Part shown: positions 18,408 through 27,371 of the stretch, piece after piece
How positions within the stretch are numbered: the stretch's first letter is position 1
Layout of the letters: the number at the start of each line of letters is the position of its first letter
The notes under the pieces: model-generated
Databases searched by the model: none
The model's input: the letters and a program-made list of their open reading frames with translations, nothing else
Told to the model about the DNA's origin: nothing
Origin: a virus
Lineage: Duplodnaviria > Caudoviricetes
Direction: 5' to 3' (one strand)
DNA length: 51,930 nt
Virus record (IMG/VR): IMGVR_UViG_3300002092_000005
Coordinates: 1-51,930 of that record
Made by a program: the position numbers and the translations under genes

Positions 18408-19429
18408 TAAAAAGTACCCCCATCAACAATCACACCATCAAGAACAGTTGCAGAAAGAACAGTAGTTCCGTTTATTTTAAATGATTTCCCGCTAGCTAGA
18501 TTCACATGATCTGAGAAATCCCAAGAAGTTGTTGCAGCAGTATACAAGATCGTATGATCTGTGGTTGACTTCAAAGTTATACCACCCTGATCTGCCGTGG
18601 ATTCGCTTGGTGTAGTAACTTTTCCAAGCTCAATGTTCTTGTCTGCTACAACTAATGTACTAGAGCTAATTGTAGTGGTAGTACCCTGAACTTCCAATGT
18701 GCCAGTCACAACCACATTACCAGATACTGTACCTCCAGATGTAGACAAATAGCTAAGTGCTGGAATGTCATTTGCAACTAATGCACGAAAAGTTGGTGTT
18801 GCAGCAGATCCAGTTGTTGGGCCTGACCAAACATAATTTGCAGTTTGAGTTGCTAATGCTAATGCAATTGTTCCAGTCGTTGTTACTGGTGTATTAGAAA
18901 CAGAAAGAATTGATGTAGGAACAGAAACACCAACTGAAGTAACTGTGCCAGATCCATATGAGGTAGTATCTAAAGACCATGTATTTGCAGCGGTCTTCTT
19001 TAATAAACCAGTAGTTCCAGACAATGCAGCGATGGCATCAAGATCGCCATCCCATGCTTGAACATTAGTTCCGATTGCTAAGCCCAAAGCGGTTCTTGCA
19101 TCTGATGCTGTTGAACTTCCAGTACCACCTCTGTTAACAGGTAATGTAAATCCAGAAGGAAAAGTAACAGATGTGTTAGTAAAGCTTACAGCGTTGGAAA
19201 AGGTTTTTTCAGCAGTAATAGTTTGGGTTGTTCCAATTGTTACAAATCCACCTGTTCCAGCAATAGCGGTAATAGAAGAAGCAATGCCAGATCCAGCATC
19301 ACCATATCCATAATAAAGAGTATTATCATTTTCGTTATATAACAGTTCTCCGTTATAAATCCCTGTTACACCGCTTACACCCGCTGCACCACTAGAACTT
19401 CTACGCTTAATTCTGATTACATTTGCCAT
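18407..19429 (-). CDS. Tail fibre-like protein with Mtd-N-like N-terminus
   Basis: IRIKR...GELLYNENDNTLYYG; GGTGSSTASDARTALGL; ends DGGTF. Confidence 0.7.
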   Translation of the reverse strand: MANVIRIKRRSSSGAAGVSGVTGIYNGELLYNENDNTLYYGYGDAGSGIASSITAIAGTGGFVTIGTTQTITAEKTFSNAVSFTNTSVTFPSGFTLPVNRGGTGSSTASDARTALGLAIGTNVQAWDGDLDAIAALSGTTGLLKKTAANTWSLDTTSYGSGTVTSVGVSVPTSILSVSNTPVTTTGTIALALATQTANYVWSGPTTGSAATPTFRALVANDIPALSYLSTSGGTVSGNVVVTGTLEVQGTTTTISSSTLVVADKNIELGKVTTPSESTADQGGITLKSTTDHTILYTAATTSWDFSDHVNLASGKSFKINGTTVLSATVLDGVIVDGGTF

Positions 19430-19440
19430 GATAAAAACTC

Positions 19441-19926
19441 CTAAAAAGAACCGCCATCGACCATGTTTTGATTAGTAAATTTACTCGCCCCTAATGACCA
19501 TTTAATAATATCGTCATTAGCTACGCTTGTAATTGCCACATCTGAAAGTCCAGCCAAAGTTCCAGAACCACTAGTTCCATTTGCTGCTGCTGTGACTCTT
19601 CCCTTACTGTCCACAGTTATGTTCGCTGATGTATAGCTTCCAGAGGTAACACCAGTAGTAGAAAGACTTAAATCAATTGTTCCTGAGTCAGTTATCGGTG
19701 AACCAGAAACTTCTAAATCTTCGCTATCTGATGTAACACCAACATAAGTAACTCGTTCAAAAGCACCTGTTGTTGTTTCATATCTAAAAACAGCAACTGA
19801 ATTATCTTGTGCAATTACAACCTGTGAAACAGGATCTGTTGAAGTTGCAACAATTTTTGATTGAGTTACAGCAACCTTAAATGGTTCCTCTTGCACAGTA
19901 ACTTTTGCAAAAACTGGGGATGGCAT
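19441..19926 (-). CDS. Short tail fibre-like protein
   Basis: TGVTSGSYTSANITVDSKGRVTAAANG and LAGLSDV motifs; ends DGGSF. Confidence 0.65.
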   Translation of the reverse strand: MPSPVFAKVTVQEEPFKVAVTQSKIVATSTDPVSQVVIAQDNSVAVFRYETTTGAFERVTYVGVTSDSEDLEVSGSPITDSGTIDLSLSTTGVTSGSYTSANITVDSKGRVTAAANGTSGSGTLAGLSDVAITSVANDDIIKWSLGASKFTNQNMVDGGSF

Positions 19927-19937
19927 AATTGCTCCTA

Positions 19938-20285
19938 TTATGCTGGCCTAGTTACTTCTGGACTAACTTTAAAAGAACCTTGAACTAAACGAATGACTTC
20001 TGCACCAGTCTGTATTTCCAAATCGTATTTGTAAGTTCCAACAGGCAAGTCTGATGTATCTGCTGCTGTGATCGCCAAAGTAAGCGAGTTGTCATCAAGG
20101 GTTATGCCATCGTTTTCTGTGGTCAATTCAATTATAATTGTAGCTGATTCAACTGAAGGCCTAACTTGCATCCTTGCTGTACTTCCCGAATAATCTGGAA
20201 GCGAATCATCAGCGTTAACAACCGATATAATTCTTCGGAATGTTGCACCTTGCTCGCAAATTATGTCGTAAGTTCCAGCTAACAT
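19938..20285 (-). CDS. Tail fibre adaptor/baseplate upper-like protein
   Basis: EQGATF...ARMQVR...YKYDLEI...RLVQG...SPEVTR pattern typical of genes preceding fibres. Confidence 0.65.
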   Translation of the reverse strand: MLAGTYDIICEQGATFRRIISVVNADDSLPDYSGSTARMQVRPSVESATIIIELTTENDGITLDDNSLTLAITAADTSDLPVGTYKYDLEIQTGAEVIRLVQGSFKVSPEVTRPA

Positions 20286-20304
20286 ATGTCACCTCTTGTG
20301 GGGT

Positions 20305-21570
20305 TTATACAGTTGTCATTTTACACGGCAATGCGTTAAATATCAATTCAAAAGGATAGCTATCATATATTGGCTTTTTCTTCAAATTATTAGGAGGTGT
20401 AGGGGAATCCACATCCTCTGATATCACAGGATAATACTTCTTGTTTACATTCGACATGGCTAGATTATGTCCAGCATTAATATAACTTAAATTATCTGGA
20501 TTTATAATTCCAGCTGGTTCACTTGGATAAGGATTACCACTAGTTGTAGTTGAAAACACAGGTATGTAAAGAAAATTTAAAATTATATCAGTATAAAGCA
20601 ATGCTTCCATTTCTGGCAACTTACCTATATCTGATGATGCATAGTCATTAAAATCAAATAGAGCTTTTACTTTTGGAGTATTACTGAATCCAGTAAAAAG
20701 CAATTCTCCAGGTTCAAACCCATACCAATAATGCTGATTAACTCTTCCAAGTGCTTCATAAATGTTTGTAGATGCGTCATTGGTTGGATCTACAAATTCG
20801 TATGGTACTTGAAACCATGTCATTTTAAATACAACTTTTGGAACTAATGTTTTTCCATAAAATCCAACTATTGTCTTACCATTTACTTCAGAAACATCTG
20901 ATGAAAATTTATAAGCTCCACCTTTCATTGTTAAAAATTCGGCAGAAGGTTCTGTAACATATGTAGTATACCTTTTATATTCTCTAATGGGATTTCCAGA
21001 GCAAGCATTTGGACTTCCATCATCCATAGCGTAATCACCATCAGCACCATCAATTCTATATACACCTGGGAATTCTTCATTAAGATCATCGATAGCCTGA
21101 TCACTAACAACAAGATATGGTCTTGAAGAAAACTCAACAACAACCTCATACTTATCATAAATAACATAGTAAGGTGCAACATATTGCCAAGAGTTTGATG
21201 CTGTTGTATCCCACGATAAAATACCAGAATCAAATTGTCCTGTGCTTTTTCTTTCAAGGCCAATTCCTTTGATGCTTGATATTCTTTCTGCATACAACCA
21301 TCGGAATTGAGGATGAGCCATAGGTGGTGTTCTTTTTAAAGAACCATCTACTGTATTTATTTCTGTTTTCCCTAAAACCTGTTGACAAAACAAAGCTAAT
21401 GGATTATCTGATTTTAAATTTTCATCTGGCCCATTTATTATGTATACAAGTGATGCTCTTGATTCACCTTCTAATGCTATAGATGTTGCATTTGGAGATG
21501 TCCCAGAAACTTTTTCTGATATATCTCCATTTTCCCACAACTGAGGTTCATTAAATGGTACTGAAGGCAT
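20305..21570 (-). CDS. Putative distal tail / tail-tip hub protein
   Basis: Directly downstream of the tape measure gene; SD AGGAG; assignment positional only. Confidence 0.55.
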   Translation of the reverse strand: MPSVPFNEPQLWENGDISEKVSGTSPNATSIALEGESRASLVYIINGPDENLKSDNPLALFCQQVLGKTEINTVDGSLKRTPPMAHPQFRWLYAERISSIKGIGLERKSTGQFDSGILSWDTTASNSWQYVAPYYVIYDKYEVVVEFSSRPYLVVSDQAIDDLNEEFPGVYRIDGADGDYAMDDGSPNACSGNPIREYKRYTTYVTEPSAEFLTMKGGAYKFSSDVSEVNGKTIVGFYGKTLVPKVVFKMTWFQVPYEFVDPTNDASTNIYEALGRVNQHYWYGFEPGELLFTGFSNTPKVKALFDFNDYASSDIGKLPEMEALLYTDIILNFLYIPVFSTTTSGNPYPSEPAGIINPDNLSYINAGHNLAMSNVNKKYYPVISEDVDSPTPPNNLKKKPIYDSYPFELIFNALPCKMTTV

Positions 21571-21581
21571 TTTTATTTCTC

Positions 21582-24557
21582 CTATACTGGGTTTTGTGTT
21601 GGAACTGGATTTGGTAATCCTTTGAAAAACGGATTGCTTCCAACCAAATTTCTTACTGATTCTTTCGGGTTCTTTGCAAGGCCATCAGCAAATGCTGCTG
21701 CAAGTTCTTCTTTACTAAGCTTTTTAGATATATCTCCAAGCAGATCTTCTTGGCTTTTTGAGTCAGATGCTGCCATCAATGCATTTTTTCTAATTTCATC
21801 ACCAACACTTGATATAGACATTGATTGAACTTCTCTTACTGCTGCACCAGTTGAAGATCCATTCTTTATTCTATTTGGATCATTAGACCTCATGTTCCTT
21901 CCTGTTTGAAGCAATGTATCTCCACCTTTTGCTATACCTTTACCAATTGAACCCATAAAAGGAATTTTTGATATTAAAACGCCAATACCCTTTATAATCG
22001 CTCCTATTGCAGAAACAAAAAGACTTGCAACAGTAGTAATCATGTCTAATGCTATTCCAAGCACAAGACCAAATGCTTTTAAAACACCACCTACAAAATC
22101 TGCAACAGGTATCCAACCAACTAAAACAGAAACAATATCATTAATAGCACCTATAAGAGTTGCAAAACTCTGTATGAGTGGCTTTATAATTTCTGATATT
22201 CCAAGAAACAATGAAGAAACAAGACTTATTACTGGGTTAAGTATTTCTATTAATACAGAACCAAGATCTAATAATGGCCTTACAATATTATCAAAAGCAA
22301 CTGCAACTTTAGATATCGATGGCCCTATTAATTTCATTCCATGATCAACATAGTCGGAAAATCTTCTTAGCAATGGTGTAAGATATATAAATGCTGGAGC
22401 AACAGCCCTTCCAATAACTCCTTGAAGATCATTGAATATAATTTCCAATTTCTGCATTACCGCTGGATTTGCTTTTGCAACAAATGACCCAAATGTTGCT
22501 ATAGCATCACTAGCTATTTTTACAGCACTAGTAAAACTGTTTATAACAATTCCAGAAATGGTTACCGCTGCACCCAATGCTGCACCTACTGGCCCGCCAG
22601 CAGCATAATAACCAACTCCACTAGAACCTCCTCCTCCAATTGAACCGCCAGAAGAACGATATTCAGTTTTTGGTGCATCTTTTCCTTGTTTGTACTGGCT
22701 AATAACTGACTTTAAAAAACTTCCAGAAATGCTGTCTCCAAGTTTTCTTTTGTTTCCCCCGCTGTTTATTGATTCAAGTTGCTTTTTGTTTTCTGGATCT
22801 TGAGAAGCCTTTTTATTTACAACAAACTCGCCTGGAGTAAGCATTGCTGGTTGAGTATCTGTGCCTTTTGGCTTCATTGGATTAGAAGCATCACCACCAT
22901 CAGCAAGATAAGAAACATCTCCACCTTTAGACAATGTTTGTGGTTGCTTGTATCCAACACCTTTAGCTATCATCTTCAAGCCATAGCTAACTAATGGGCC
23001 TTTAAACAAAGGTGTTAGCCTCTGAAAACCAGCAATCATCGAATCTAATTCTTTTTGGGTTCTTTGATTTGCTTGTTCAAGTTGTCTTGCAGCTTGCTCT
23101 TGCTGCTTAACTAAATCGTTGGCAGCTTTTGCTGATTCTTGTGCTGCTTTTGCTGAATCTGATGCTTCTTTCTCTGCTTTTTTTCTAAAATAATCTCTTA
23201 ATACTTTCTCCGCTTTAGCTGCTTCTTCTTCCGCTTTGTTTTTTCTTTCTAATGCTTTTTTAGCATCATCGGCAGCTTGTTCCGCTGCATCAGCAATTGC
23301 TTGTGCTGCATCAGCAATCGCCTGTGCTGCTGCATCAGCAACAGCCTTTTCGTCATTTTCAAAAAGCTTTTTAGGAGGCCCAACAAAAGATTTTGTTCCT
23401 TCTTTTCCAAGCTTTTTTACTTCTTCTTCGTCTTTTTGCCTTTTTTGATCTGTGTTAAATAAATCTTTTGATGGGCCTACAAACTCTGGGCCACTTGGAA
23501 GAGCTTTTTTTCTTTCGTTTTCTTCAAAGTCTTTTTTTAAAGGCCCAACAAACTTTTTGGATTTTTCATTGCCGGATTCAATTACATTCTTTTCTTCTTG
23601 TTCTTTTATTTTTGCTTGCTGTTCTACTGAATTTTTTACATTAGAAATAACCTTAGACCAAGCATCACCAACTTGGTTTATTCCAGTTATTAAAGACGAT
23701 ACATTTACAGGTTTAAGTTTTCTCTGCCTTTCTTGAACTTCTTTTTCGTATTTATCTTTTTCTTGCTTCTCTTTATTTTGCTGGTTGATAAAAAGTTTTT
23801 GAGGAGGCCCAACAAACTCTTTAGTTCCTTCTTTACCAGTTTTTGCAACTTGCTTTTCTTCTTCTTTTCTAGCGTTATCAATGTCTGCTACAGTATTCCT
23901 AACACCAGAAATCATTTTAGACCAAGCATCTCCTGTTTGATTGATACCTTCAATCAAAGAAGAAATCCTTACTGGCTTAACTTTTTCTTGCCTCTTTTCT
24001 ATTTCTTTTTCTCTGGCTTTTTCTTTTGCTAATCTTTCTTTTTCTTGTGGATCAACAGGTTTGGTTTTTTCTTTTGGAGGTGCTTTCTTTTCTGGTTTAG
24101 GAGTTAACGCTCTTTGTAAACGCAAAGCAGATAACTGTGCATTGTTTCTTTGGGTTTGCAATTTTAATTCAGCAGATTCATCTGCTATTTTGTTTTTCTT
24201 TTCTTTTTTTGCTGCTTCTGCTGGGTCTATTACTTTTTCTATCTTTGGAACTTTAGCTTTTGGTTCTGGCTTTACTTCCGTCTTTGTTTCTTTTTCTTTT
24301 ACAACTTCTTTAGTTGTTGTTTCCTTGACCTTGGTTGGCTGTTTTGCTGTCTTTTCTGGCTTGGCTACTACTTGGACTTTAATTGACTTAATTGCGTTTA
24401 CAAGGGTTGTTTGAAGCCTTTTGATTGCTGTAGTCAAACCATTAAAGCTTTTGGTGAAATCCCTCGAACCCGCCTTAACGCTCTGGGCGATATTTTCTAC
24501 TGCACCAACCAGATCATTTGTCATCTCGTCATCTGATTTTAATGGAATATCTGCCAT
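21582..24557 (-). CDS. Tape measure protein
   Basis: Longest ORF, located after the tail chaperone; amphipathic helical C-terminal half; GTDTQPAMLTPGEFVV motif. Start placed at MADIPLK (TAATG overlap). Confidence 0.8.
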   Translation of the reverse strand: MADIPLKSDDEMTNDLVGAVENIAQSVKAGSRDFTKSFNGLTTAIKRLQTTLVNAIKSIKVQVVAKPEKTAKQPTKVKETTTKEVVKEKETKTEVKPEPKAKVPKIEKVIDPAEAAKKEKKNKIADESAELKLQTQRNNAQLSALRLQRALTPKPEKKAPPKEKTKPVDPQEKERLAKEKAREKEIEKRQEKVKPVRISSLIEGINQTGDAWSKMISGVRNTVADIDNARKEEEKQVAKTGKEGTKEFVGPPQKLFINQQNKEKQEKDKYEKEVQERQRKLKPVNVSSLITGINQVGDAWSKVISNVKNSVEQQAKIKEQEEKNVIESGNEKSKKFVGPLKKDFEENERKKALPSGPEFVGPSKDLFNTDQKRQKDEEEVKKLGKEGTKSFVGPPKKLFENDEKAVADAAAQAIADAAQAIADAAEQAADDAKKALERKNKAEEEAAKAEKVLRDYFRKKAEKEASDSAKAAQESAKAANDLVKQQEQAARQLEQANQRTQKELDSMIAGFQRLTPLFKGPLVSYGLKMIAKGVGYKQPQTLSKGGDVSYLADGGDASNPMKPKGTDTQPAMLTPGEFVVNKKASQDPENKKQLESINSGGNKRKLGDSISGSFLKSVISQYKQGKDAPKTEYRSSGGSIGGGGSSGVGYYAAGGPVGAALGAAVTISGIVINSFTSAVKIASDAIATFGSFVAKANPAVMQKLEIIFNDLQGVIGRAVAPAFIYLTPLLRRFSDYVDHGMKLIGPSISKVAVAFDNIVRPLLDLGSVLIEILNPVISLVSSLFLGISEIIKPLIQSFATLIGAINDIVSVLVGWIPVADFVGGVLKAFGLVLGIALDMITTVASLFVSAIGAIIKGIGVLISKIPFMGSIGKGIAKGGDTLLQTGRNMRSNDPNRIKNGSSTGAAVREVQSMSISSVGDEIRKNALMAASDSKSQEDLLGDISKKLSKEELAAAFADGLAKNPKESVRNLVGSNPFFKGLPNPVPTQNPV

Positions 24558-25332
24558 TATATTATTCCTGGTGGTACGCTTCCAAATTGCTTTATCCAAG
24601 AAGACTTCATCTTGGCTTCATTAACCCCTAGAGATGCTCCCATTTTCATAAAATTAAGGTATTTTTGCAACAGCATATCTTCAACAGGAACGATTTTCTT
24701 TCTAGTATCCCATTCATGCTTTTCGTCAGGAATGGAAACAGGAACACCCTTGTCATCTCTCCTTCGATAATACAACTCAACTATCTGCCTATCGGTTAAC
24801 TGCTCAATCTCCCAAGGCCGAAGGAGATAAGGTTTATCCATCAAATTTACATAGTAGGTTTTTAAATTAGGTGGAGGGATTGGTTCTTTTGGGTTAAAAG
24901 ATCCGTTACCTACACCTTCTTGCCGTTTGGGAATGATTTATCCCTAACGATTTCCATGACTGCTTCAAACCTTTCATTCTCAGCAAGCATGACATCTTGA
25001 ACTTCATTCTCAGGTGCTGAAAACAATATAGATGCAAATGCCAATGCTCCAGATGGAGTTGATAATGCTGCTATAGAATTTTCACTACCAAATGAATAAA
25101 TTCCGCTCGCAATATCTCTAGTTACAGAAGAAATTGCTTCACGGAATTCAACAGGTTCAAGTCTATCTTTCATTGAAAAAACAGAATCGAGAGCTTTCTT
25201 CTCCATTCGCTTTTCAAATTCAGCTTTAACTTTTTGAGTAATTAATCCAGCGGTATATTTTTTTCCATTATATTCAATGGTCAAAGAACCTTCACCGCTG
25301 GAGTTCAACAAATTTCCAACTGTATCTGCCAT
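24557..25332 (-). CDS. Tail assembly chaperone pair: G (25332-24910) and frameshift product GT (to 24557)
   Basis: Located between tail tube and TMP. The -1 frame after C CCA AAC is open (RQEGVGNGSFNPKEPIPPPNLKTYYVNL) and joins the 24844-24557 ORF. Confidence 0.8.
24925..24931 (-). other. -1 programmed ribosomal frameshift heptamer CCCAAAC
   Basis: X XXY YYZ in the correct phase (ttC CCA AAC), followed by four sense codons and then the G stop. Confidence 0.8.
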
Positions 25333-25353
25333 GTTTGCTTCCTTTTAAAAAAA

Positions 25354-25743
25354 CTAATCAAGATTACCGATTTCAAAATCAAAATCACCATAAGTAGCAA
25401 AAGTCAAAGATGTTTTTTGAGCATCTTTAACATCTGAAGTATAATTGACAGCAGTCAATATACATTTAGTTATGGTTATACCTTGACCTGGAGTTCCATC
25501 ACCATCAAAAATTGTTATAGAACCAATTGCACCTTGTCTTAATCCGTATCCACCATAAACTTGAAGAAGGTCTAAGGTTATTTCTGCGGAATAAAGACCA
25601 ATAACATGAGCATCAAATCCTTCATTAATAAATGAAGTAGTATCAATTACTTCTGCTTTTGAGTTAACAGAAACATTGGTGGCTGGAACCCCAGTAAGAT
25701 CACCAACATTTACTGTAGCTCTTCTTCCCGATAGAATAGCCAT
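25354..25743 (-). CDS. Tail tube-like protein 2
   Basis: Aligns by eye with 25768-26268 along its length. Confidence 0.65.
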   Translation of the reverse strand: MAILSGRRATVNVGDLTGVPATNVSVNSKAEVIDTTSFINEGFDAHVIGLYSAEITLDLLQVYGGYGLRQGAIGSITIFDGDGTPGQGITITKCILTAVNYTSDVKDAQKTSLTFATYGDFDFEIGNLD

Positions 25744-25767
25744 TTTTAATTCTCCTATATTGTTTTT

Positions 25768-26268
25768 TTAGAAAGCAAAACTACCAAAATCAACACCAGG
25801 TGCAGATGAAGGAACTAATGTAACTTTGAATTTTTGAACATCTCTTACAGCTACATCGTAAGTTACATTTGTTACTGTGCAGTTTGGAAATTCAAAATAA
25901 ACAGGGGTTGCATCGTATGCTAAATATTCGTGAGTATCTAATGTGGCCTGATTAACAGTTGGTGCTATTGCTGTAAATGGAGACCTTCCACCATCTGGAG
26001 CAAAAACAACATCCATTTTCATGCCAGCAAAAATAATAGGCATTTGAGTTTTATCATAAACAGCATCTGCTGTTATCTCTGCACTTTGAATACCAGCAAC
26101 AAGCTCTACAAATCCTAATGAATTGTAATTACTTGCTTCTGGAGTATCAATTTTTGTTGCAACAGTAACTGATGTACAAGGGATAGATACCGAAGTTCCA
26201 GGTGTATCTGTTCTTGTAAAAATTAGTCTTGCTGTTTTTCCTGTGAGAAAAATATTTTCGACTGCCAT
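25768..26268 (-). CDS. Tail tube (major tail)-like protein 1
   Basis: Position after the tail terminator gene; LTGK...SNYNSLGFVELVAGIQSAEIT pattern of sipho tube proteins. Confidence 0.65.
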   Translation of the reverse strand: MAVENIFLTGKTARLIFTRTDTPGTSVSIPCTSVTVATKIDTPEASNYNSLGFVELVAGIQSAEITADAVYDKTQMPIIFAGMKMDVVFAPDGGRSPFTAIAPTVNQATLDTHEYLAYDATPVYFEFPNCTVTNVTYDVAVRDVQKFKVTLVPSSAPGVDFGSFAF

Positions 26269-26283
26269 TTTTAACTCCTTAAA

Positions 26284-26784
26284 TTAAACTATACCTTGTT
26301 CCATGAAGCCATATGATACCTTAAAACCAGTAACATTGTAAACTGTATTCGGGTTGCTATTGACCGAAAAAGGCTGAATTCCTTTGATGTTTATTCTTGA
26401 TGGACTAAGCGAAGATGGGTATTGGCTTATCTGGTATATTTCTTTTCTTATTTTGTATCTGTCATCAAGATCCGTATACACCAAATCCCTAGAGTATTCT
26501 TGAATATAATAAACCCTGACAGAATATATGTATTCAGATATCCCACCAAAAGTTTCTATTCCTAATTCTTCGCCTTCTTCTGATGGTGCTATTACTACGC
26601 ATGGAAACGCATCAGATTCCCTTATTACAGCACCTTTTCTCTTATATACTGTATAACTTAGAGCGACAAGATTATCTGAAAGTGTGTCCATGATCGTAGT
26701 ATAACGATCATTTACATTAGCAGTCATAATAGGTCTAGGTTTACTAAAAACTCTTTTATTCATATTTAGCTCTGTTGGGTGCAA
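26284..26784 (-). CDS. Putative tail terminator/completion protein (start uncertain)
   Basis: Position before the tail tube genes; FPCVVI motif. Confidence 0.5.
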   Translation of the reverse strand: MHPTELNMNKRVFSKPRPIMTANVNDRYTTIMDTLSDNLVALSYTVYKRKGAVIRESDAFPCVVIAPSEEGEELGIETFGGISEYIYSVRVYYIQEYSRDLVYTDLDDRYKIRKEIYQISQYPSSLSPSRINIKGIQPFSVNSNPNTVYNVTGFKVSYGFMEQGIV

Positions 26785-27086
26785 TCAAGTCCGTAATACT
26801 CTCTGTTTCCAGAGTTGTCTGTACTGTTGACATAATACTTCACCGAACTAGAATCAGTTATTTCGCAGTCCACCATTGGTTTAAATCCGTCAAGGTTTGC
26901 TTTCCAAACTAAAAACCTTGTGATGTTTTCAATCTTTGCTACACCACTTTGATCAGTATAAGCAAGAGTCATTGCTCTTCTAAATCCATAACTTGTTGTG
27001 ACAGTAGTATTGTCTATGTTCTTGAGAATAAGTGTTTCTGGGTTATCAAAAACATAAAATTCCTGAGACAGATTTAGAGTAGGCAT
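26766..27086 (-). CDS. Putative head-closure protein
   Basis: Position and size; SD GAGGTG before MPTLNL. Confidence 0.5.
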   Translation of the reverse strand: MPTLNLSQEFYVFDNPETLILKNIDNTTVTTSYGFRRAMTLAYTDQSGVAKIENITRFLVWKANLDGFKPMVDCEITDSSSVKYYVNSTDNSGNREYYGLDCTQQS

Positions 27087-27095
27087 ACACACCTC

Positions 27096-27308
27096 TTACA
27101 TGAATTGGGTTTTATATGTTTGAGGATTCACATAAGTAAGCAACTTATTTACTTGCGTAATGTGCTGCAATGTTTGCTGTCTCCACTCTGTTCTAGAAAC
27201 AGCAACACCCTCCCATGAATAAGAAGGTTGTGGATTGGTAGAATCATCCACCAATGCGTTTATATAGTTGTTTCGTATAGTCAGGAGGTTTTCGGCTGGA
27301 GTTGGCAT
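27096..27308 (-). CDS. Putative head-tail joining protein (lambda gpW-like)
   Basis: About 70 aa, helix-hairpin-helix pattern PSYSWEGVAVSR; SD GAGGTG. Confidence 0.5.
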   Translation of the reverse strand: MPTPAENLLTIRNNYINALVDDSTNPQPSYSWEGVAVSRTEWRQQTLQHITQVNKLLTYVNPQTYKTQFM

Positions 27309-27319
27309 AATCACCTCTT

Positions 27320-27358
27320 AAAAAGAAAGTCAGGGGTCAAGAACTGACCCCCAACTTT
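27320..27358 (-). terminator. Rho-independent terminator after the major capsid gene
   Basis: Minus strand AAAGTTGGGGGTCA-gttct-TGACCCCTGACTTT followed by CTTTT. Confidence 0.75.
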
Positions 27359-27371
27359 AGGGTAGGTAGGA

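Noticed and set aside
15902-19926. Diversity-generating retroelement suggested by Mtd-like N-termini and repeated segments
   Set aside because: No reverse transcriptase in the genome, and no template/variable repeat pair differing only at adenines was seen.
21622-24624. Many plus-strand ORFs opposite the tape measure gene (similar cases opposite scaffold, MCP and terminase)
   Set aside because: Antisense shadows with Phe/Ser-rich composition and no RBS.
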